From contig OX597816.1 in NCBI GenBank assembly GCA_951406725.2, forward strand, positions 9,052,001 through 9,116,000: 64,000 nucleotides of DNA. The letters are read 5' to 3'. This stretch comes from Octopus vulgaris. Taxonomy: Eukaryota. Under the pieces are notes generated by a model. That model did no database searches. It worked only from the letters and a program-made list of their open reading frames with translations, and was not told the origin of the DNA. A program made the translations under genes and the position numbers. Positions 53,960 through 64,000 of the stretch are shown in pieces (the stretch's first letter is position 1; the number at the start of each line of letters is the position of its first letter).

Positions 53960-54111
53960 TGTAATGTTCAATAATGAATTATTTCAAGATTTCTTGTCAA
54001 TAGCGAAAGAGACAGTTTCTAATACAGATCCAAGGCTCCTCCATTGGAATTTCAACATCAACAACAGGGTATGTTTGTATGTGTTTATATGTACGTGTGC
54101 ATGTATGTGTG

Positions 54112-54143
<32 letters not shown>

Positions 54144-54460
54144 TGTATGTATGTATGTATGTATGTATGTATGTATATGTGCAGATTTGTATGTTTTGTT
54201 TTATGTATGTATTCTTATGAATATAGTTGCATATCTAGACACGCTCATATATATTTAAATGATAAACTTCTGGAAAGTTTTACAGATTTTTACAATTCCA
54301 GTGATAGATTGGATCTGTAGTCTTTGAATTAACTTTCTCCTTTCTGGTTTTGAGAAGCCTAATTTCTGAAGATTGGTATTTAGGCAGTGTATTACATATC
54401 TCAGGGTCCCAATAATTACAGTATAAACCTGAACTTGTAATCTGAATAGAATAACTGCAA
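53960..54460 (-). mobile_element. RLE non-LTR C-terminus and 3' tail
   Basis: VIIGTL.YV..CL..NL.KLGF.....LI.RLQ.QS..G.VKICKTF, followed by a (ATAC)n-containing tail. Confidence 0.6.
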
Positions 54461-54465
54461 ATGTA

Positions 54466-54508
<43 letters not shown>

Positions 54509-56184
54509 CTTGCCATCTCCACACTGGTGAATTCTGTCAATGACTGTTCAATCCAATAATATTACACATTAAAGTTACACTTCTCTGATGATTTAACAGT
54601 GTATTGATTATGTGATTTATATTATGTAACTAATTATCACCTAATGTTAATGAAATATATGTAAGATAATATAACTAAATATCTTATAAAATATAATAGA
54701 ACTAAATGTCTTACAAAAAATCTCTCATGCTTTGCTTTGTATATATCAATGTCATCACCATTTAATTTGTGTTTTCCATGCTAGCATGGGTTGGATCATT
54801 TGACAGGAGCTAACAAGTCAGAGGATTGCACCATGATCTAAAGTCTGCCTTGGTATGGTTTCTACAGGGGGATATATACATACTTATACATACAAACATA
54901 CATACATATGTGTGTGTATAATATTCATATTATATAAATCTTGTATGCACACATTCAAATGTTTAAATAGTATGTGTGTATATATATATATGTGTGTAGT
55001 AAGCAGAATTTGAGTTTATGGAAAAAAAAACATGAAAAGGGACCTTAAGCTGATCCTTCTTAAATCAAAATCCAAACATATTTAAAGGAAAATATTCTAA
55101 AATGTAAATACATGCAATGGTAGCCACATCTGTGCATTTTCGTGTGTGTAAAAATCAACAGATTCACAATCTAATTTTTATAATCCAGAGAGATTCTGGT
55201 TGTTAGATTATTGATATCAAAGGATAGTTATTAAGTGGAAACCACAAAAATATTATACATCGGTGTTGAACAGGGTTTCATTTCAAATTCAAGTTTGTGT
55301 TTAACTTAGCATAAAATATAGCTCCCTAAAGCAACAAAAATATATACTCTTTTACTTGTTTCAGTCATTTGACTGCGGCCATGCTGGAGCACCGCCTTTA
55401 GTTGAGCAAATCGACCCCAGGACTTATTCCTTGTAAGCCCAGTACTTATTCTATCGGTCTCTTTTGCCGAACCGCTAAGTGATGGGGACATAAACACACC
55501 AGCATCGGTTGTCAAGCAATGCTAGGGGGACAAACACAGACACACAAACCCACACACACACACACACTTATATATATATACATATATACGACAGGCTTCT
55601 TTCAGTTTCCGTCTACCAAATCCACTCACGAGGCATTGGTCAGCCCGGGGCTATAGCAGAAGACACTTGCCCAAGATGCCACGCAGTGGGACTGAACCCG
55701 GAACCATGTGGTTGGTTAGCAAGCTACTTACCACACAGCCACTCCTGCGCCTATACATTCATACATGTATGAAAATTATGCATTTGCCAGCACATGGTCA
55801 CACACACACACACACACACACAAACATGTATATATAAGAAATTGGGATGACAAAGGAGTAGAAGGAATAAACCCTTAAGAAGTTCATAGCATAACTGTTT
55901 ATTCTTTTGTTATTCCAATATTCTTATAAATATGATATTTTCACACTCAGGTGTCAACAAGATTCTTAATATTCTTAACCTTATATTTATGTGTTAAGCT
56001 TAAACTATAAAGAAAAAAAAAGGGGTTTTAAGATTAACAGCTAAGGTTGACTTTGCCTTTCATCCATTCAAGGTCAATGAAATAAGTACCAGTTATGCAC
56101 TGGGGTTGATGTAATTGACAAGCCCCTTGCCCCAAAATTTTAAGCTTTATGAATATCATAGAAATAATAATAATTATTATTCTC

Positions 56185-56430
56185 TTAACTCATGTTTTGT
56201 CGGAACACCTGAAGTCTTGCCTGAATAATGGTCTTACTACCTGTAACCTACAGTACCCTGCCACTCATTCTCTTCTAATACTTTCTCGATGATTCTGGCC
56301 ATGCCAAAGAAGCAAACCCCTTTTTTTTTTGGCAAAAGCCCTACTGGGCATTTTATTTCCATTTCCTTTAATAGTCCCCTCAACACCTTTTGATTCTGTT
56401 GCCAAGGATCCAACAATAATTGACATTATC
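56185..56430 (-). mobile_element. RLE non-LTR C-terminal remnant
   Basis: SIIVGSL.T followed, after a frameshift, by GMARIIEKVL, resembling the PIIVG.LG...LLG.ARI.RKVL end of R4/Dong-like ORFs. Adjacent to (ATT)n. Confidence 0.5.
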
Positions 56431-56442
56431 ATCAGCATTTTC

Positions 56443-56443
56443 A

Positions 56444-56476
<33 letters not shown>

Positions 56477-56513
56477 GTTATTATTATTATTATCATCATC
56501 ATCATTATTATTA

Positions 56514-56586
<73 letters not shown>

Positions 56587-56610
56587 TATTTTGTTGTTAT
56601 TATTATTGTT
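56443..56610. repeat. (ATT/ATC)n trinucleotide tract
   Basis: Direct inspection. Confidence 0.95.
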
Positions 56611-56815
56611 AAGGTGGTGAGCTGGCAGAATAATTAGCACACTGGACGAAATGTTTAGCAGTATTTTGTCTGCCGCTACATTCTGAGTTCAAATTCTGCC
56701 AAGGTTGATTTAGCCTTTCATCCTTTCGGGATCGATAAATTAAGTACTAGTCATGTTCTGGGTTCAGAAAAACCTCTTCACAAAAACCCAGGCCTTGTAC
56801 CTATAGTAGAAAGGA
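56610..56815 (+). mobile_element. Older SINE family (gagctggcagaa...ttctgagttcaaattc...ggggtcgataaa), representative copy
   Basis: Diverged copies at about 800-930, 5985-6350, 24490-24630, 44500-44690, 45810-46000, 52560-52990(-), 56040-56160, 58540-58750 and 59420-60040(-, tandem run). Often flanked by (ATT)n. Confidence 0.8.
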
Positions 56816-59800
56816 TTATTATTATTATTATTGTTACTGTTGTTGTTGTTGTTGTTTAATTTGCATATAGAGAATTGACTACTGCAAATGGGGAAAAATA
56901 GTTTTTATTAGGCCTGAAAAAAATTTATGAGGAATTCTTTTCCTCGGGCGATTTTAGTTCTTTCAAGCTATCATTACTTATTTCAAACTTGTCTTAGCGC
57001 CAGATTCTATTTTGTTGTTGCCCAAAGCTTATAAAGGCTTGAACATGGTGCTTAGACTACCACTGAGATCATACATACCATATTTGCTTGCATATAAGAT
57101 ATGCTTTTTCCTTTATATGTATCAAAAACTTACCCTACATCTAATGCAGCTGTAATGGCTGGGAGATTGAGCAGCATAGAGTCAGGAACTGAATGAGCAT
57201 AATCCTGCAGAGGACAAGGATTGCTACTCCTGACTAAAATATTGAAAACACGGCAAATTAACACCAACTGTTAGCACAAACTTTGTAGAACACTGGTAGA
57301 CATGTTGGGTGTCACATCCTGTGTTGGGCTATTCTCCTGACTAAAATACAGATAATTATAAAGTTGATTTGAAAGGAGATAAAACTGAAATACGGTACTT
57401 GTATAACATAATATGTATGATAACCCTACGGTTTAATACGTTACAGCAGTCTGGTCTGGTTCACCCTTCATTATGACAATGAGTGTTCCAGGTGAGTCAA
57501 TCAACCAAATAGCCTGCCTGTGAATTTAACATGTATGTGGTTGAGTACTCCACAGACATGTGTATTCTTAATGTAGTTCTTAATGAGATTCAGTGTGACA
57601 CAAAGTGTGACAAGGTCAGCCCTTTGAAATACAGGTACAACTCATTTTTGCCAGCTGAGTGGACTGGAGCAACGTGAAATAAAGTGTCTTGCCTAAGCCT
57701 ATTGTTACAGTGTTGTACATGCACAGAATCATACCCCCACTAAAAAAAAAAACTACTTAAATATATCTGTCAATAAGTGCACCAATGAAACATACTAAAT
57801 CTGTCTTTTCCCACAAAATATACTTGTGAAATAGGGGTGGGTCTTAAACATGAGTGCATCTTAGACACTGGAAAATATGGTACTCTCCTTCTCAGCATAA
57901 TTGACAGTTTTAAAATAATGAGTAAATGTCAGTCTTCAAATGTTGTTAAAGGAGTATCTTGTGGAACACAAACAGAGCAATAGCAATTTTTGAACATAAG
58001 AGCTGGACAAACTCAGTATACAGTCTTAGGGGTTAAGTCATTGATTTCTATGTTTTTATAAATCCCAGTAATAAGTATTGTTGCTCATCAGCTTTGGGGG
58101 ACATTTCCAACTAAATATATTGGAACCAGTAACTGATCATGCCCTTCTGTTGGGAGTGATATCTATCAGCTGAGAGATACCGATAAGTGCTGACTTTGTG
58201 TTTGGATAAGAAGAATGTGATAGCACATGATCAGTGGCCATACAATACACTAGCCGAGAACAACTATAAACAATAGCCACGATAAAAGTGTGTTCAAATC
58301 TCCTTTGAAGGGATTTCAAAGCTGAAATAATAAAATAATATAGAGTAAGACAGGCTACTTCATAGCATTTCGCTTGGTCTCTTCATGAGTTCTAATTCTA
58401 TTGAGGTTGACTTTGCCATAAATAGATCTTTAGTTAATTAAATAAATCCACCAGTTATACATTAGGGTCAACTCTATCCTTTGGCCAGACATTTCTGATC
58501 ATGAGCCAATGTAAGAAATTATTATCGTTATAATTATTATCAAGGTGGTCAGCTGGCAGAATCATTAGCACACAGGGCAAAATGTATAGCAGCATTTCGT
58601 CCGTCCTTACGATCTGAGTTCAAATTCTGCTGAGGTTAACTTTGCCTTTCATCCTTTGGGGTCGATAAATTAGGTACCGGTGAAACACCGGGGTCAATGT
58701 AATCAACTAGTTCTCTCCCACCAAATTTGTGCCTTGAGGAGAAAGGATTATTATTATTATCATTATTATCATCATAGTTATTGTAAGTAGAACTATATGT
58801 TGAAGGCTGAGACAAATAATAATTATAGTAATAATAGTTATAGTAATAAGAATAAAATAATAAAAGTATATTGGCAAATAGCAAAAACATTCTTAACAAG
58901 GAGAATAAATGGACATTATAGCTATCTATATGGGAAGCAAATACCAAAAAGATGAAGAAGCTGCTTTAGTAGGTAAAAGAAGTTGTAGATATCCAAGAGT
59001 TAATAAAATTAAAAACTTTTGGATTAACACTCCTTAAACATATTTAAGTATTTGCCTCTGAAGAGTTCAACAACTTCATTATTGAAAATCTCCACATCAA
59101 CTCTAAATTTGGCTATCATAGGAGATACTACTTGTAAGATTTTCTCCATCAAAAGACTGTTGAAACCCAAATAATTACAGGACTCTTACACTGGTCACTT
59201 TCCTGACTTTTGTACATGATTCTATGCACTGTTCATGCATCTTTGATGAGTTGTAGTGCACCTGGGCACCATACAAAATAATTTCATTATTATGGTTTCA
59301 TATCTGGTAACTAACATCAAAGTGTAATATTAGTTAAGATGTTATATTCATCTTTGGCTTGTAAGCAATGATTTACAACCAATAAAACTGAAATGCTGTA
59401 AAAAAGTGGGATTGAATGCTTGTAAAGACCAACTTACATTCTGAAAAGATGAAAGGCAAAGTTGCCCTTGACTAAATTCGAACTCAGAAAGATAAGTGCC
59501 AGAATAGTGTGTAGCATTTCTTTCCTGATGCACCAACAGTTTTGCTAGTTCACAACCCACGTAATAACAGCAACAACAGCAATAACAGTTTCAAATTTTG
59601 GCACAAGGCCTGAAATTTCGGGGAGGGGACAATTTGATTATATCACCTCCAGTACTCAACTGGTACTTATTTTTATCAGTCTTGAAAGCATGAAAGGGAA
59701 AGGTGACCTCGGTGGAATTTGAACTCAGAATGTAAAGATGGACAAAATGCTGCTAAGCATTTCACCTGATATGCTAACGATTCTGCCAACTCACTGCCTC

Positions 59801-60366
59801 AATAATAATAATAATAATAATAACGATCCTTTCTACTATGGTCACAAAACCTGAAATCCTGGAGGAGGGGTTATGTCGATTACATCAACCTCAGTGCTCA
59901 ACCTGTACTAATTTCATTGACCCGGAAAAGATGAAAAGTAAAGTCTACCTTAGCAGAATTTGAACTCAGTACATGAAGACGAACTAAATACCACTAAGCA
60001 TTTTGCCTGATGTGCTAACGATACTGCCAGCTCACAGCCTTAATATAATAATAATAATGATAATAAAATTGTGAATATTTCTCAAACATTTGATTGGTTT
60101 CTTCCCAATCAGTTGCAATCTCTTCTCTACCATCTCTTATTAAATGAAACTTGGGAGGTGGGGTTTGTCACAGTGACAAAAGACAGCACCAGTATATTTT
60201 TTATCACTTAAGCTTATTAATTTTACATTATGGAAAGCGATGACTTTCGACATGAAAAATAGCATTAAATAAAGTGTGAGAATTACAGAATATTTCTTGT
60301 ACACATTGTCATATTTACCATTTTAAACCAGTTTTTTTTATCAGAATGAAGTTATTATCCCTCATG

Positions 60367-60432
<66 letters not shown>

Positions 60433-60860
60433 CTATATACATACATATATGTAAGCTAACGGTTACTTTTCCAAACAGATATTTTAGTAGCATATTAAGA
60501 GATATTTTTTTTAATTGTAGCCTCTAAGATATAGTTAGTGCTTAAATGTACATATTTGTATATCATCTGAAAAATGGACAGAAAATTCATATGTTTCTTC
60601 TGTTCATTCATTTTTGTTGTTTTTTTTAAATATGAATTTTTTTTTTCATTTTTCTTCATATTATCTATTAAAGCAGGGAAATGAATAATGAAAAAAAAAA
60701 GGGGGAAAAAAAAAGAAACAATGAAATTCTGCAGTTAAAAGATTAAGAAATATCTTGGAATCTTCACAGAGATACAGAATTCTCCCTTTATATTTTTTTA
60801 TATTTGTATTTTGTGAATTCATACATATTTACATACATTTGTTTTTCTTTCTTCTCTTTA

Positions 60861-60891
<31 letters not shown>

Positions 60892-62464
60892 CCTCCACGT
60901 ACTCAAACACTCACACACTTGTTAATTTATTTAGTTTCAGTTTAACTGTTTTGTTGCATGGCAACATAAGTTCTGCAGAAAGACCAAGATGAAAACCATC
61001 ATAGTCGGATCACATAGCTGTATGTTTTTTTTTTTTCAAATTTTTATTTTTACATTTTTTAAAAATAATTATATTGAAATATTAACCTCCACCCCGCCCA
61101 ACAACAAATTTGAAGTAAGAAGAATGAAATATTAAATCTTTCCCACATAACAAATGATTCAAAGACAGACAAGGACACTGTTTTTACACACACACACACA
61201 CATGCATGCACGCACACGCACACACACACACACACACACACGCACACACATACTCACTCGCTCACTGACATGTTTATAAACCCCATTATATAATCAGAAA
61301 TATAAGTAGTAAGTCTACTACTTTTCTAGCTGTCAAAGACTAAAACCAGAGTGAAGCAATGTTGTTTTTCAGTTTTTCATCTTAGAGGGGAAACAATGAA
61401 AATAGCAATGGTTTTTTTGTCTCTAGAATTGGACACAGAAAGCGGAGTCATAAAAAGCATAGTGGATATAGAAGACAAAACAGGAGGGTTGGAGAAAGAG
61501 TAAAAGCAGTGAAAATGGAGTGATAAAAAGCAAAGAAACAGGAGGTATATGTGGGATAGAAACACACACTTTTTCATTAAAGGAAGTATATGAGTTTTTT
61601 TCTTTTTTGTTATTTTTTTTTTTAATAAGTTATTTTAATTAAAAATAAATGCTGAATGCAATTTGTTAAATAAAAAAAAAAAAAAGGACAGACATTTTCC
61701 ATGTTTTGTTTATTTATATTTTTTTTCTTAACTCGAAGATAATGTTTGTTCATGCTGGAACATATAGAGTCACACCGTGTAAAAGCAATAGAGTTAGAAA
61801 TTGAAGAATATGAACCATAAGAACATGGACAATATTAAAAAAAAAAAAACAAAAAAAAAAAAAAAAACTGTTAATGGACTTTCTTCTGAAATTAGATTCC
61901 TTTAACTATATGTCATTCAATGCATCTTCTATTTTTCAAATGGTTTTTACATTCGTCACATAGTAATGGTCTATGGCTGTTTGAAGAAAAGTACTAAATT
62001 TCAGTAATCTAAGAAGAAACATTCATTAGATCCCCTTCAGGCCTTCTTTCAACTGGATTTAGGCCGACTCATAAAGAGTAAAATCAGGTTTGTTTTTAAT
62101 AATTTTTTCTGCTCCCAAAATAAGAAAAGGACATTGTAAGAGATGTCAGTTGTCTTAACCAATTTTCTTATACAAAATATGAGAAAGGAATTATATTCTT
62201 TCTCCAATGTATTGCCTTACTTCTTCCTGTTTCCCAAGAGCCAACTGCATCAGGATTAATGGCAATCAGGAATTTAATGGCTTTTTTTTTAAAGAATAAA
62301 AAAAAAAATGTGTTTTTTTTCCTTGTGATGATAAAAATATTTAATACCTTACAAGAAATTATTTAGTTTAAAGCTGTTTTATGCTTAAAGCTTTTGCATG
62401 AAATAAAGTTACTGAATAAGCAATATATATATATATATATATATGATGTTTATATTTATATATA

Positions 62465-62606
<142 letters not shown>

Positions 62607-62770
62607 TTTATATATATATATATTTATGTCAATATATGTATTTTATATTATAAAGACACATATATATGCATATGTATATGCAAACATATATATACATACA
62701 CATACATATATGCATATATATGTGCATACACACACATATATATGCATGTATATATATATCCATATATGTA

Positions 62771-62839
<69 letters not shown>

Positions 62840-63586
62840 ATGTATCTGTAAATATATATATGTATATATATATATACACAACACACACTCAGAGAAAGAT
62901 AGAGGGAGAGAGAATGAAAGACTTTAAGCATTATTTTATTTTATCTAACCATTTATGAAAGATTAATATTATATAGTTGACAACATAAACTCTTGTTCAT
63001 GTGTTTCACAATGTGAAAATAAATTGAAGTATTATAATAAGTCTGACAGAAATTGAATGCTAGATCCTGATTCCACTTTAGCACTCCTCCGTTGGTTTTA
63101 TAAATTGTGTTGCTAAAGCCCCAAACCTCAGAGTAGCAAGAATATATAAGAAGGGAATGGAATGAAATAGTATTGAATATGTAACAGCAGAAAGAATTTT
63201 GGCTTATTACATTAAAATGGTTGATTATAGCAGATTAAAGTACATGAGACCAAGCATTGTATGAACTGCAAGAGAGAATGTTAGGAATTTTTTAAAAATT
63301 TGCTCCTTGAGAGAAAAGAGAAGAAAAACAATGATATAAATCAAAATAAACAAACAACAATTCATTCTTTAGAATTATTTGTAATTTCTTTCTTTGTCCA
63401 TACAACTCTCCACAACACACACACACACACTCACCCACCCATACATAAATTTGCTTGAACATATATATATAGATATGGTCCACACACCCATACAGCCACA
63501 GACAAACATGCCGAGGAAAAGTATAAAATTTTAATTTTCTTTTAAAAAAAAAATCAGTGCTGTTGACTGCAATCAGAAATAGCTGT

Positions 63587-63588
<2 letters not shown>

Positions 63589-63627
<39 letters not shown>

Positions 63628-63681
63628 GTCATCGTCATCATCATCATCATCATCATCATGATCGTCGTCGTCGTCATCGTC
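63589..63681. repeat. (ATC/GTC)n trinucleotide tract
   Basis: Direct inspection. Produces the poly-Asp pseudo-ORF on the minus strand. Confidence 0.95.
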
Positions 63682-63829
63682 AAAGTCACCTTCACATTCC
63701 CCATGATATCTGCTCAATCCTCCAACCAAATCTTCACCGTTGTACATGTTGCATCTAAAACCCATTTTTAGCACAACTATTTACTTTTCATTCTTTTTTT
63801 CCAATTTTCCAACAGACATCCAAAAATCT

Positions 63830-64000
63830 TTATTGCATTTTTGACACCTGATATAATCTAATTCTGTTTCTCTCTTTCATACAAGTTTGACAAACACCTG
63901 TTTTGTTATCAAGGACAAAATCTACATTTAAAACTAAAAGCTGTTCCTCTATGGACAACGAGACAGTATAAAAATAGGAGGTCCGTGTCAACTTAAATAA
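63830..64000 (-). CDS. Possible terminal coding exon of an unidentified minus-strand gene
   Basis: Frame is open from the window edge to TAA at 63832-63830 (...EEQLLVLNVDFVLDNKTGVCQTCMKERNRIRLYQVSKMQ*), with a candidate acceptor 'tcgttgtccatag' near 63949. Followed by about 3.7 kb of SINE-free, UTR-like sequence. Product not recognised. Confidence 0.25.
   Translation of the reverse strand, partial: LFKLTRTSYFYTVSLSIEEQLLVLNVDFVLDNKTGVCQTCMKERNRIRLYQVSKMQ

Noticed and set aside
63292-63774. 160-aa poly-Asp ORF
   Set aside because: Driven by a (GAT)n microsatellite and a (TG)n tract, with a non-ATG first codon and no recognisable domain.
63781-63847. CQKCNKDFWM, reminiscent of an RBR RING2 motif
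   Set aside because: Lacks the required Cys residues, stops soon after, and has a weak acceptor.

Overview
AT-rich, repeat-dense eukaryotic DNA. The SINE families and (TA)n/(CA)n/(ATT)n load suggest a cephalopod, probably Octopus (inferred from repeat recognition). One host gene is well supported: the last four coding exons of MICOS subunit MIC19/CHCHD3 on the + strand (17454-24740), whose CHCH domain lacks the fourth cysteine. The rest is mostly transposons: two decayed mariners, two Penelope-like elements, an RTE LINE, CR1/L2 and RLE-LINE fragments, a complete but decayed Ty3/Gypsy element with nested insertions, a head-to-tail Helitron dimer, several MITEs and dozens of SINEs. The most unusual signal is a set of about eight large fold-back palindromes with no obvious similarity to one another. 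One of them heads a Penelope element and carries an intact minimal hammerhead ribozyme core, and several other loci hold decayed hammerhead-like cores. Nearly all ORFs in the supplied track are microsatellite or SINE artefacts. Repeat boundaries were read by eye and are approximate unless a TIR or TSD is quoted.
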